A stretch of 64,000 nt of DNA, from positions 22,994,601 to 23,058,600 of the forward strand of contig JAHRHZ010000140.1 of assembly GCA_024137785.1 (NCBI GenBank), written 5' to 3'. The stretch is from Ginglymostoma cirratum (Eukaryota). Within the stretch, counting starts at the first letter, position 1, and each line of letters starts with the position of its first letter. The notes beneath the pieces were generated by a model. It did no database searches and was not told the origin of the DNA. It saw only the letters and a program-made list of their open reading frames with translations. Made by a program: the position numbers and the translations under genes. This document shows, in pieces, positions 24,945 through 37,832 of this stretch.

Positions 24945-26936
24945 GTTAGTATCTCTATTTACTTCCTTTTGTCATTTTGTGTAGTATACGCGATATTTTT
25001 TTGGTGCAATGACAAGTTCACAGAACCAAAGATTACTTGTTAGCTCGTCAATGTTCCACAATATTGTGAGCTTAATTTCTTCCTCCTCACTATAGCAGTG
25101 AAGCTGTTCAGACTTAAAGTGTAAGTGTTCACTTTTTACTGCTGTGTTAAAGGACAGTAATTCTCAGCACTTTACAGAAAGTCTGTAATGATATAAAAGT
25201 TATCTGATCTGCCCAGGACTTGTGGAAGTCCCTGCGTTAATCATAGTTAATTGAAATTTCCTTGTTTTTGAGCAGCATCCTCTGTAGTTGAACAGTAACT
25301 GAGCGTGTGTCGTAAGGCGCTTATGTAGGGTTGACGGGTCAAAGATAGGAATGAGCGTTGTGATGGTTCAGTGTCATTTTTATCCATCTGCTCAGACCAG
25401 TTGTGGAGGATGTGTTGTGTTCCCTTTGCAGGCTATGACAGCAAATTGATAAAAACCAAAAGAACTATGGTTGCTTGAAATCAGAAACGGTTACCAGTGC
25501 GCTGAGAGGTTATGTTGCCTCTCCCCTTGGTGTGGAAATGGTGAGCATTGTAAGCGACTCAGAAGGGAAATCAAAGGCAAAACATTTCAGGAAGCAGCAA
25601 ATAAATTTGTAAAGAATGTCTGTCTGTTTTTAATCCCTGGGTTCAATTAAACTCCGATTGCTTAGAAAAGGAGTTTTACGTTCCATCTGTCATGTGCCTT
25701 GTAAAGTGAATTTAGACAGTCACAAGCCTGTTTTGTGGTCAATCTACATTTAATTACACAAACAGTGCCTGAATTCAGAGTTTGATCCTGGTGAGGTTGG
25801 AATGGAAAATGGAGAAAATAACATAATAGCAACGAAGGGTCTTGTTAAGATTAGCATTGAAGTATTTATTTCAATGAAGAACTATTCTATCATGTACACG
25901 GTCTGGGAGTGCCCAGGCTTGCTTGCTGTTTCGTGTTCAGTGCAAGTGTTCAATTTCTTCAGCCTAATGTGTTGAATATAAATAGTGCAGCACATTAACT
26001 GCTCGTGTGGAAAGGACATTGTTGCAGTGCAACATGGATTTGACTATTGTGCTTGAGTGTATGAAGCGCATTTATATTTCAAACAAAAATGGAGCTAGGA
26101 ATGCAGAAGTTCCGATTAAATGCAAAACTACAGAAGCCACATGAGCTTAGTGTGTTTTGAGGATTATGTCATTCTTGATCCCAAATATTAGAGGATCTAT
26201 CCACACGTTTATCAGCATATTTGACCATTCAGACTTTTTGCAATGATGTTTCTAATCACCAGGACAGGCATTGAGTGCAGAATTCTGCTTCCATGTGATA
26301 TGATATCTTGTTGCAGTGATGTAAATGAGAATGGGCCACTCTGACTGACTAAATTGGGGTGGTATGTCACAACTGCAGGATGACAGCAATGCTGATCTGT
26401 GGGCAGATATCTTGACTTTGCTTGCTATAGGTTTTGTGTCTGTAATTTCCTGCTGGGCAGAGATCAGACTCGAGTGTCCAGTTTTACAATTCACTTAACA
26501 CTCAGACTGCCTTGACCTGCATGTTGTGAAAATGTGCAAACTTCTGGTCACCATAAAATGCTTATCCTTCAAGTGCATTTTTGGGGACAACGGCATCACT
26601 TTTGAGTGTTTCAGCTGTGAAGCTGCCCTTCCACACAGGTATTTTCCCCATTACAAAATTCTTTTATAAGCTGCAGTTTTGGTGCCAGCAGCAGCTTTCT
26701 TCACTTGACCCTGTGGAAACAGGAAATATTGGCATTCCCCATTGTTGGAAAAAAAGTTACCTTACAATTAGATGGTACAGAAAACTTGGCAGAAGGTCGA
26801 TTCCCTGCAAATGCTGCCATCTTAATTCTTAAAGTAAGGATAGTTCTGTTCCTTGTTTTTACGTATGTTAAATTTACATAACTTTGGTCCAGGAGCAATC
26901 GCAGGAAAGGCAAACTGTTGGTTTGGTTACTTGCAG

Positions 26937-27057
26937 GGTTGACCAGGCAGGAGAGATTTGCAAACAGGAAGGAATCTTCAGAGTGAACTGTATGGATTGT
27001 TTGGATCGGACAAACGTGGTTCAAGCTGCAATTGCTCGAGTGGTCATGGAACAGCAG
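26937..27057 (+). CDS. INPP5F: INPP5F coding exon with catalytic CX5R(T) motif (VDQAGEICKQEGIFRVNCMDCLDRTNVVQAAIARVVMEQQ)
   Basis: cag|G acceptor, CAG|gtagga donor; RVNCMDCLDRTN active-site motif at 26980-27015. Confidence 0.98.
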
Positions 27058-28084
27058 GTAGGAAATGGCCATGCAGTCGCGAGTGCAGCATTCAGGAAAG
27101 AGAGTCCAGTGTCTTGGTTCTGATCTCAAATGTCTTCACCAGTTTTGTGTTCATCTTTATTTTCAATCATTCCCATCTTACAGCAAAATGTAGAAATGAT
27201 TGTGGAATGCTACAGCGGACATTACCATCTTTGCAAGACCAAAAGATGCACCAAAAAGGGAACAATGAACTATTTAATGTAATAATTTGATGTAAGCTTC
27301 AAACATTAAGCCATGCAGCAATTTGAGGCGATCCCTGCCCAAACAAAAGTGCATTTTATGGACCAGCAATTCATTGATCCTGATGAATCTCTTCATCAGC
27401 AAAATTCAAATAATTCCCTTTACATAGCCTCTGTTCACCTCCATTGTAAGCTGTCACCTGACAAACTCTCAAGAATTGCCCATTGAGGGGCAAACCTGCA
27501 GAGATGTCTGTGTTGCAGCTGATTTTAGCATCCCACCTTGCAGTAATGGAAACCTGTCGTCTTGAGAGACAGGTAGGAAAGTTGACTTGATGTTAACATG
27601 ACACCAGCCTTCTTATTGAATGGCAGGGCAAGCTCAGGTGGCCTTTTATGTCCTTTTACATGTACGTTAGCACATGATAGCCTCTGTAATTAGTATATCA
27701 CTTTCAATGATCTATACTTCCAGATAGTCCTCTCATCTTGGACTTTAACAGCGGCAAAATTATAGAAACTAGGACATGAGTTTTGGCAGCCTTTGAGTGA
27801 AGACATTTCTCCATATCTCAGACTTGAGCAGCTGACCGCTTGACATGGTACTGTGATCCTGTGTTGCGGGTTGTTCCGCTGGGGGAGCCTTTCACATTTA
27901 GCCTCACTGAAACCACCCCACCCCCCGCCCCACTTGTCTGACAGCCAGAATTGAACGAGAATGTGGTTTGATTTTGTTTGTGCTCCATGAGTTCCTGACC
28001 ACCTTTTCCTGAAAGGTTCACCAAGGTTGTCTGTTTGCATCTTGCCCAATTACATCCTTGTCTGTACTGCCCTCGCACCCTCTG

Positions 28085-28750
28085 TGTTCCAGACCATGGT
28101 TACTTTTATCCTTGATGCTTGACATGGACTTTTGTCCAACCTTCCATTTTCGACCTTCATAAATTTTAGGTCATCCCAAATTCTAGCTTTGTTTGAACTG
28201 TCACCAAGTTCCATTTNNNNNNNNNNNNNNNNNNNNNNNNNNNNNNNNNNNNNNNNNNNNNNNNNNNNNNNNNNNNNNNNNNNNNNNNNNNNNNNNNNNN
28301 NNNNNNNNNNNNNNNNCCCCATTCTATCCTCTGATCTCCATTGGCAGCCACTTGAGCACTGCCTTGATTTTAATATTTATGTCCTTGTTTACAAATCCTT
28401 TGGTGACCTTGTCTCTCCTTGTTTCTGTTGACTCCTCCAGTCTTGTACTCTTGCTGAAATTTGTTTGCTTGTCTGAGTATGGCATTACGATCATTCCTGA
28501 TTTTAGTACATTCACCATTGGTGGCCATGTCTTTCGTTGCGTAGACCCTAGAGCCCTAGACCTCCCTAAAGCGCTCTGTCCCTATCCATCAAGCGTCTTT
28601 TTAAAACCTGACTCTTCGACACGGCTTTTTGCTCATTTGCCCGTATATATTATGTGGCTCAGTGTCGAGTTCCATTGACTACAGTTCTATGAAATGCCTT
28701 GCAGCAACCTCCTGTGTTACAGGTGCCATTATCAATGTAAGTTGTTGCTG
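28085..28750 (+). mobile_element. L2 LINE 3' fragment spanning the assembly gap
   Basis: Peptide PILSSDLHWQPLEHCLDFNIYVLVYKS resembles the L2 C-terminal motif (PVL..LHWLP...R..FKI..LV.K); tail aatgtaagttgttg. Confidence 0.75.
28217..28316. other. Assembly gap (100 N)
   Basis: Run of exactly 100 n. Confidence 1.
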
Positions 28751-28962
28751 CAAACTGCTTGAGGTTTGAAAGGAACCTTTTCGTAACGTAACAATATGAG
28801 CTGTGAAGGAGACTTGCTTGATCAAAGGTCTTGCATGCTGCTCACTAGTGCGTCGGAGCTACAAAGAGCAAAGAGACCTTTCCCAAAGGATTGGGTTCAC
28901 GTTGGGCTGGCGTTCATCAGGACCCACTGGTGATGGTACATTCAGCTATAATAAATAGAGTT

Positions 28963-29287
28963 GGTGGCACAGTGATAATGACAATGCACCAATAATGTTG
29001 GACCCTAGGCTAATGTTCTGAGGATATGGGTTGAAATCCCACTGAAGCTGGAACTCAATAAAAATCTTAATTAAAAAGAGTGGCCTAATTAAAGAAACCG
29101 TGTAATCACTGCCAATTGTCATTAAAAGCAATCTGATTCACTAATGTCCTTTTATGGAAGGAAGTCTGCGATCCTTACTTGGTCTGGCCTGTGTGAGACG
29201 CCATATCCAGGACAGACCCCTCTGGGCAATTAGGGGCAATATGTTGGCTTAGGCAGTGAAGCCCATATCCCGTGAACCAAAAAAAAA
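28963..29287 (+). mobile_element. tRNA-derived SINE (family also at 35755, 45096, 47972)
   Basis: B-box-like gggttgaaatccc; shared body ctgattcactaatgtccttt..ggaaggaa.tctg; A-tail. Confidence 0.75.
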
Positions 29288-30587
29288 TTGATACGGATGC
29301 CACCCCCATTGTTCAATAAGTACTCTTCCCTGATTCCTTTTGATGCTGAAAGCAGCATTGGTAAATTATCCTGAGGTCTTGACAAACAGAAAACAATCAA
29401 ATTATGTTCATGTGCTCCACTGCATTGATTATTGGATGCGGGGAAGAGAAAGCAGTGTCTTCAGGCTACCTTTTTAATGTAAAATATCAGTGCAATAAAT
29501 ATTTGACTATACTTTAAAGTGTGGATATAATGTTATAAAATCAGCCATCAACTAATCAGGTTACCACAGAGGATTTTTTTGGAGCTTCTGATTTATTTTT
29601 CTTCAACTACTGTCAGATATCTGAATTTGTGCCCTAAGCAATCTGGATTTCAATAGATGCCAGTTTTGTGTTCACTTATAACGTAGACTTTTTAAGCAGT
29701 GTGTGTAGCTTCTTTCTGAACTAGCCTCCTAACGTTGCTAATTAAACAGAATGTATGTGACGTTTATCAGGGAGTTAAATTTAGTTGTGATGTTGTTATA
29801 GTCTCTGACTTGTGCTGGCCTGACTTGTGTGAGACTGGGACTGAGAAAAAGGGAAGATCAGGTGAAAAACTGCAGTTGCAGAGGATGTCACATTTCAGCT
29901 GAGAGACAGCAAGTGTTAAGTCTTAATTACAAGTGAGGATTGTTACTAGAGAAATTGGCACTGGGTAATTATTGACACTATAAATTATTTTATAATTGCT
30001 GGTTTTATTCACATTTAATTCAGTTAAAGATTGTTTTAGTGCAGAACAGTTGGCTTTACAGTACAGTCTGCAAATTTAATTTAGCAGTTCAAAAATTAAT
30101 CGCACCATTGTGGAATAGCTTTTCATTGCGTTATGTCTGTAACATTGTTGTTTTTCCAACATATTTTTTCTTTCCTCAACTCCTCCTCCCACAATGAATT
30201 AACCCTGTTCTAATGATAAGTTCTCCAAGATGTGAATGGGATGCAAAAAGGATTTGGATCCACTTTGGAGCTGATAGTGTGGTATTCTGCTAGCCCCAAG
30301 AAAATGAAGTTGGAAGCTTCATCGCTTTTTCACTTCAGTGAAAGGCTGTGGGCTGACTGCACTGAATGGATCTATAAACCTAGACTGGCATTTAAATAAG
30401 GACCAGCTGTGACTGAATAGAGTAGGAGTAGTTCACAGATGCAAAGAAAATTTGAGGTTAGACTAAGGCTTGTTTGCCCCAGTTTGAGGGAAGTGAGCCA
30501 TTCTTAGCTGTGTAAGGGTTCTATATACAACCCCAGAGCCTGAGCATCTTGGCAGTCAGGTTCAACTCCTGGACTTGATGCAATTTA

Positions 30588-30947
30588 TCATAGAATCCCT
30601 ACATCGTGGGAATAGGCCGTTTGGCCCATCGAGTCCACGCTGACGCTGATGAACGTCCCGCCCAAACACATCCCCCACCCTATCCCTGTAACACTGCATT
30701 CCCAACAGCTAATCCACCTAACCTATATATCTCTGGACACTGTGGGCAATTTAGCATGGCCAATCCACCTGATCTATGCATCTCTGGACCGTGGGAGGAA
30801 ACCAGAGCACCCAGAGGAAGCGCGCACAGACACAGGGAGAATGTGCAAATTCAACACGAACACAAATAGCCTTGGGCAACTGGAATTGAACCTGGATCCC
30901 TGGTGCTGTGAGGCAGCGCTGCTAACCACTGAGCCTCCATGCTGCCC
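30588..30947 (-). mobile_element. HE1-type V-SINE
   Basis: Collinear with 19661-19966; A/B boxes, V domain and CR1-like tail. Confidence 0.9.
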
Positions 30948-31149
30948 ATGTATTTGGGTGATTGTAAAAATCACTCCACGCTGCTTGAAGAATAGGAGGT
31001 TTTTCCTCCAGTTCCTCCCAGAAGAAACAACCTATAAAACAGTAAATGGGGTCTTACTGTACATTGTTTGTGACCTTTTAACACAAAGGTTCCTGCTGAA
31101 CTGTGAAGTATTGTGGGTAGTTTTAGGTGCCACACTTTAGGAAGGAGAA

Positions 31150-31612
31150 GAACATGATGGAGCAGTGGACAGAGGAGCTTTATATGAAAGGTTCTGGACT
31201 TCAACAACTTCTGCTTATGAAGATAAAGTGGAGAAGTTAGGACAGCTTTCCTTGGAGAGGAGAAAGCTAAGATACTTGATTGGAGTTTCCTAAATCGTGA
31301 GACATTGGGGCAGAGTGGACAAGTTTTCTCACTTGTAAAAGAATTGAAAATAAAGAGGATGCAGATTTTAAAATAACTTGGAAAATAAGTAAATAGAGTT
31401 GACTAAATCTTTTTGTTCAGTGAGCAAATCTGGGTCTGGAATAAACTTCCAGAAGAAGGTTTGAAGCACGTTCAGTTGAGGCCTTAAAGAGGGTATTAGA
31501 TGATGATTTTCTATTTGTGATGTGCAGGGTTGTGGGGAAAGAGTGGGAGGATAACTCTGAGTCTTGATGGACCGAATGGCTTCGTACAGTGGAACAATTG
31601 ACATTCCATGAC
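31150..31612 (+). mobile_element. Old CR1 LINE 3' fragment
   Basis: Degenerate CR1 ORF2 end and tail (gatggaccgaatggctt...attccatga). Confidence 0.6.
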
Positions 31613-31947
31613 ATTTGGTTGAATGTGCGGGTTATTTGGGTATTTTGAAGCTACGAGGTGCTGTACAAGTGCACTTTAGTTTCCTTCCCTCCATTTTTCA
31701 GTAAAATGTCAAAAATGCATGCTTAACAGAAAAAGGCGAATTAACATGTATTGTGCTGCCACCTATCTGACATGGCTGTTTGTATGATTCTTGATCGTCT
31801 ATCCTTGATTGTGCTGTGCTGTAGAATCTAAATAGGTTGAGCAACATTATTTGCATCGATTGCAAGTAAAACATCGTAACCTTGCAAAGATGCAAATAGC
31901 AGAATGACTTGAATTCATATTCTGATCATCTTGATTTCTTCTTTCAG

Positions 31948-32076
31948 TTAAAGAAATTGGGGGTTATGCCGCCTGAGCAACCCCTGCCTCAGAAATGCTA
32001 TCGGATTTATCAGATCATGTGGGCCAACAATGGCGATGCCATCAGCAGGCAGTATGCTGGGACAGCAGCTTTGAAG
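31948..32076 (+). CDS. INPP5F: INPP5F coding exon (LKKLGVMPPEQPLPQKCYRIYQIMWANNGDAISRQYAGTAALK)
   Basis: cag|TTA acceptor, AAG|gtaac donor; Sac motif WANNGD.IS.QYAGT.ALK. Confidence 0.97.
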
Positions 32077-32359
32077 GTAACACCCGGTTCATTTCATTTC
32101 ATTGCAATTCAGTGATTGGAATGGTTTGCTCGTTTATATGTATCGGGCAGAAGCCAAAATGCTGTTTGTACAGTGTTTTAATTGATGTACCACATTATTC
32201 TCCCATACACAAGTTCCAAACAATATTAGTATAGTTTTTATATAGCTAGTATAGAGTGGTTTTCTGATCTGCGATTGATGTTTGCATGTAACTAATTTAA
32301 AATAACTGAGCAGTGAATGGGTGTGAATCTGAACCCTGTGGAACTACTGAAATTTATAA

Positions 32360-32443
32360 AATCTGAAAGAACTGCAGATGCAATAAATCAGGAACGAAAA
32401 CAGAAGTTGCTGGAAAAGCTCAGCAGGTCTGGCAGCACCAGTG
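32360..32443 (-). mobile_element. Penelope-derived short repeat tail
   Basis: Reverse complement of the 2333-2410 tail (gctggaaaagctcagcaggtctggcagca). Confidence 0.75.
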
Positions 32444-33320
32444 TAATTAGTCTTAAAAATTCCTCCTTTTTTGTTTTCAAGTATGTCATTTCCCTGGGGT
32501 GTTGGACATGTGCTTATGCCAATCTTTGAGGATCCCATGTTGAGACGTGGTCAGCTTGATGAGAGCGCCATTTGGTTTGGCGATTGCCCTTTGCCCTTTT
32601 CTCATAACTCTTTCTTCTGCCTTGGGAAGGAACGCTTGTGAGCCGCATCCATTCTGTAAGTTTCAGGGTAGCCGAGTACTGAGCGTTGAACAGTAGATAG
32701 AATTATTCTTCTCCTAAGAGTATCTCCAGTGTTTTGGTCTCAAGTCTTTGAAAGCTTGAATTCAGGAGTCTGCTTGCTTCTGATGAGGAGGAGGTGTCGC
32801 TGAGCTGTTATGGGGGTGGTAGAGAGGAAGAGGAAATTGTTGCTAACCCTGTTAAAGCTACTCTGCTCACTGTATAAATACCCGAATAGAAAAAGCAAAG
32901 CAAGTGAGACTGGGACAGACGTGGATGTGACTGGTACCAGGGTGGGTAGCTTGTGTCATTGCTAGATTTCCGAAATGCTCATTTCCCACCCCACAGCACC
33001 ATCATCCTTGTTTTCTCTCTGCTCCTTCATTTTTTTTGCTGTGTCCAAGAAAATGGAAAAAGGCAAATAAGCAGTTATACTGCCCAAATCTAGTTAATCG
33101 GTTTGGAGCGTCTTTCACATTATGACCTGTTCCAGGATGTACCAATGTGAATTTGGGAGCCAGATGGTGCCTATGACTCTTGCTATTTTCAGAGCAATAA
33201 AAAAAAATCCGATGCCCTGACCTGAAAGCTGAAACATTTTTCAGCTTCGAAACCATCTGTAGTAGTTCTCACCTTCAGCAGAAGTGTGGGTGTATTATTA
33301 TTCTTCCTTTTGAATCTTAG

Positions 33321-33438
33321 GGCGACTTTACAAGAACTGGAGAACGAAAGCTTGCAGGAATGATGAAAGACGGTTATAACTCTGCCAATCGGTACTATCT
33401 CAATCGCTTCCGTGATGCCTATCGACAAGCTGTCATAG
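33321..33438 (+). CDS. INPP5F: INPP5F coding exon (GDFTRTGERKLAGMMKDGYNSANRYYLNRFRDAYRQAVI)
   Basis: tag|GGC acceptor, G|gtaag donor; DFTRTG and RYYLN motifs. Confidence 0.97.
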
Positions 33439-34810
33439 GTAAGAGCACTGTAACTTTACTAACATTAAGAAACCTTAGAGAATCTGTCAGGAAATATATG
33501 TGAAAATATATGGCACAGGCTCGATAGGTTGAGGGCCCTTTTATGCTGTAGATCTCCGACTTTATGGCAATATGACATTGGATTAGGAATGGATCAAATG
33601 TTGCTCAATGATAATCTGCTGCTAAATAGGATTTCCAGAGGAAAGGGCCGTTAATGTACATCGGGACACATGTCACCTTTCATTGGGTTTCATTCCACAT
33701 ATTCTTTTGTATTTGAAAATAATGAAGCTTTCTTCCCGAAAATTAGCTCTGTTAAACTTCTATCCAATGATGCGTCTCGACTATGAATTAACTGGGTGCA
33801 ATATTGTAGATTTACATTAAAAACATCACACTAGAGAATTGGGACACCAGCATGCAGTGTCCCTTCAATCTACTGCTTTTTCTTTAATTATTTAACTTAT
33901 TTTTTTCTCATCAACCTGTTCAGAGATGTCATTACACATCTTGAACCTGGGTCTCCCGGTCCAGGGATAAGGATACTACTGCACCGCGGGAGGGCCACCT
34001 ACTGCCTGTTCAGTTTCACCAAAATAGAATATGCATGGCAGTTTCTCATTAAAATCCAACAAGGAAGTTGGGCAAATTGCAACAGTCAGATTTTGTGCAC
34101 CTCCAGCTGGTCATAACCTTGGGTCAGATTTACACCTTGACCTATTATTTGTACTTTGTTCCCTTCTCCCCTCCACACGCGCGTGCACACACACACCAGT
34201 CACCAGTCGGGCTAATGGAACCTTCCTCTCTTCTGTTATGGTCTAACCTGAGAATCTGACAGCAGCAGAATACGTTGGAAACTTCCATCTGATTTCCATG
34301 CACTGAGCTGCTGATTGGCATGTCAAACTTCTGCTTGAGGCTACTCTAGATGTCTAGCATATATAATGCTTATTGATCGTTTCCAGTATCTGGTCATATT
34401 GGAAGCGAAGCTACTGAGTGGAAGGCTAAGTGTGTTCAAATTGTGATGGGTGTGGGAGTGGGGAATCATTGTTTGGACTAGAGTGAATGTTTGCAACTCA
34501 GTCTGCATTTTTAAGTTAGATTTTGTGTTCCCTTATGTATTCTATCACGTTCTCTGGTGCAAATTTGTAATTTGTCCTGCTCAACGTTGTCTTTGGCCAC
34601 TTATGTAGATGGTTGTACCCACAGAATGATTTTCGTTATGCTTGACAGTGAATACACTTTTGGTCATTTTTAGTTTACTGTCAAATGAATGTTGCTTTCC
34701 ATCCTAGTGGTTATATAGCCATTGAGATTTTTAATATATAAATGTGTTCTCACTGTGACGGTATTGTGTTTAACTGTACAGATAAATGGTAATGTTTCCC
34801 TTTTAATTAG

Positions 34811-35009
34811 ATCCGATGCAGGGCATCCCAGTGACTGAAGATCTCTATTCCATCTTTAGCAAGGAAAAAGAGCATGAAGCTTTGCAAAAGCAGAACCAGA
34901 GAAGCCAGCAAGAACAGTTCAGTCTCCTCTTGCAGAATTATATGAAAATGCTATTACCGGACGATGAGAAATTCCATGGAGGCTGGGCTGTGATAGATTG
35001 CGATCCCAG
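34811..35009 (+). CDS. INPP5F: INPP5F coding exon (DPMQGIPVTEDLYSIFSKEKEHEAL...LLPDDEKFHGGWAVIDCDP)
   Basis: tag|AT acceptor, AG|gtctgt donor; start of the hSac2 domain. Confidence 0.95.
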
Positions 35010-35509
35010 GTCTGTAGCTGCAAAATTCATCCATCACTGAGAATTTTTATTTCGTTCTCTGAAATTAAATATTGATGAATCTCAACCTGTCATACTTGAT
35101 TAAATGTAGAAAATAGCTGCTACACAATACAAGCTATTCCCTGTTTATGTGGAACAAGAAAATTGATGGTCGAGCCTGATGTTTGAAGGCTGAATTTTTT
35201 AATCAAGATTTGAAATGCCTTTTAAATCCGCTGATATTTATTTAATGCTGTCAGTAAACAAATGTGCATGGAACAGCAGCAAGGTTGAATTATTGCGTTC
35301 CAGAAACACAGTCCAACTGTTAAAAACAGATTTTGAATGCTAGGAATAAATATTACAAATTTGCTGAAACGAAGAGTTGAATCTTGGAAGAGAAAAAGGC
35401 TTTTTTCTTAAAAACGAGAGTTTATTTCAATAGCCCAGGCTTGACGTGCTAACACTGATTCAGAATAAGTATTTGTGATGTTTAGAAATGTGTTTATTCC
35501 TCAGCTCTC

Positions 35510-35625
35510 AAGAAGTAATGCTGGACTTGAAGCATCCACTCTGTCTCCACGGATGCTGCCAGACTTGAGTTTTTCCAGCATTCCTCTGTATTTGTTTGAT
35601 TTTCAGCATCTGCAGTATTTTGCCT
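35510..35625 (+). mobile_element. Penelope-derived short repeat, degenerate
   Basis: ggatgctgccagacttgagtttttccagca...tcagcatctgcagtattttgc. Confidence 0.65.
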
Positions 35626-35754
35626 TGTGTTTCCTTCCTCTGGGTCAAGGGACAAGTCTCTTTCATGATGCTGCTGTATTGTCTTCCTTGGTGATGCATG
35701 TCAATTACAATAATTTTTTTCTGGTAAATTTGAGAGTTATCATTACAAACAAAT

Positions 35755-36115
35755 TTTTTTCTTTCTATTCATTCATGGGATGATGGTGTCGCTGGCTAGG
35801 CAGCATTTATTACCCATTCATAATTGCCCAGAGGGCAGTTGAGAGTCAACCACATTGCTGTGGGTCTGGAGTCACGTGTAGGCCAGACCAGGCAAGGATT
35901 GCAGGTTCCTTCCCTAAAGGACGTTAGTGAACCAGGTTGTTTTTTCTGACAATCAGCAATGGATTCGTGTTCGTCATTAGACTCTTAGTTCCAGATTTTT
36001 TTTTTTCTCTAATTCCAACTCCACCATTTGCTGTGGCCGGATTTGAACCTGGAATCTCTGCTTACATCTCTGGATTAGCAGTCCAAGGATAATACTAGTA
36101 GGTCATTGCCTCCAC
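35755..36115 (-). mobile_element. tRNA-derived SINE
   Basis: Reverse complement of the 45096-45395 family. Confidence 0.8.
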
Positions 36116-36899
36116 TATTGTTGCCAATGTTATGGTGCCAGCAACTAATAACATCTTTTTATTTAGCACTTCATTGTGCATGGTTGCTAAATTGAACACT
36201 TTGAAGCCACCACCATTTCATAGAATCATCCAGTACAGAAAAGGTCCTTTGGTCTGCATCACCAAGAGTCCCACTTTCCAGCATTTGGCCCTTAAGCGTT
36301 TCCAACACTTAAGCTGTATTGAATGGACACCTGTATTCAGAGACTGGTTTTTCCTTCACAGAGCAGCTATTTGTACCAGGTTTATGCTCACGGTTTGAAA
36401 CCGTTTTGCAGCGCTGTGTGTATGGAGAAGGGAGAAAGTTAAGATTGTGGGAGGACTGGAAAATTGTCAGGACAAATCCAATGACAGCAATGGACTTGAT
36501 GTTATATTACACTATTTATTTCCATTGTTTTTCACCCTTGGAACCATAGTTTTAAAAATTGCACAAACTGGTTTCTGGTTCGAGTTGTGCAGTTATATCT
36601 CTAAGTAAAGAAGAGTAAGTGCTCACAAGAAGACCCCATTTTGTTGAAGATTTTTGACCTGCATGCAACAGGATAATATGCCAGAATATCAATTTAAGGG
36701 TTGCGGGAGGGTGGGAGATGAGAAAAACAACTTTTAGACTCGGAGCACAGTGCTGCTTGGGACACAGATTGGTAGATGCCTTGTCATAGAGGATGCACCA
36801 GTTAATGACTGACAGTAAACTGCCGGGCCTATACATGCTCTGCACCTCAGAGCCTAACAAAGTGACACCCACCCATTGGTTCAGTTCTCGAGGTAGTAT

Positions 36900-37160
36900 T
36901 TTGACCAACCAGAGACAATTCCTAGTTTAAAGTTCAAAGCCTGGAAGTTAACTGTCAGTCATTAATTGGTGCATTCTGCCTGGCATTACCTCTACCAATC
37001 TGAGTCCATCTGCCAACTGGGCAGTATTCTCCTCCCACACAGTGCAAATATTGGTTTTCCCCTTAAATTAATATTCTTGCATATTGTCCAGATGAGCGCA
37101 AGATACAAAACTTAGGAAAAGTCTTTCTGCTCAGCAGTGCTGTACTACCGAAAGATGATT
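36900..37160 (+). repeat. Interspersed repeat, same family as 23545-23860
   Basis: Pairwise similarity by eye; GTC-CAGATGA-GCGCAAGAT at 37086-37104. Confidence 0.55.
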
Positions 37161-37204
37161 TATAGATAATGACAAGGCACACACATTACACTGAATACAG
37201 TTAA

Positions 37205-37832
37205 AACACGAAGATTAGCAGCAGGAGCCGTTTGCCTTGCCATTCAATATGATAATGACTGACCTCTATCTCGGTGCCATACTCTCTCTCCTACACCTCA
37301 TGATGTCTTTAATGTTTAGAAATCTGTTTGTTTTAAATATATTCAGTAACACATCCTGTGTAGCCTTCTGTGTTAGAGAATTCGACAGGTTCACTGCCCT
37401 CTGAGTGGTGAATTTTTTCCTTGCCTCTGTTGGCCTACCCCATGTCCTGAGACACTATGACCGTTGACCTTTGTTCTAGAAGCTCCAACCTGCCAACTTG
37501 GCCAATGGAAACATCATCCCTGCCTCCAGTCTCCCAGCACGATCAGAATTTTGTATGTATCCATGAGGTCCCTTAATTCTTGGAAACTCCAGTGAATACA
37601 GGCCTAGTTTACCCAATCTCTCCTCAAACCGACAATCCTGCCTTCCCATGAATCGGGCTGCAGAACCTTTGCAGCACTCCCTCTGTGGCCAGTAAATTCC
37701 CTCTTCAGTGAGGAAACCAAAATTGTGCACTGGTGTTGTCTCAACGAGGCCCCATACCGTTACAATAAGAAATCCTTGCTCTGTACTCCAATCTACCCAC
37801 TATGAAGGCCAGCTTACCATTTGCCTTCCCTT
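37205..37832 (-). mobile_element. CR1 LINE 3' fragment
   Basis: Minus ORF FEERLGKLGLYSLEF is typical CR1 ORF2. Confidence 0.8.

Noticed and set aside
30649-31140. 163-aa ORF
   Set aside because: Antisense of an HE1 SINE plus intronic sequence
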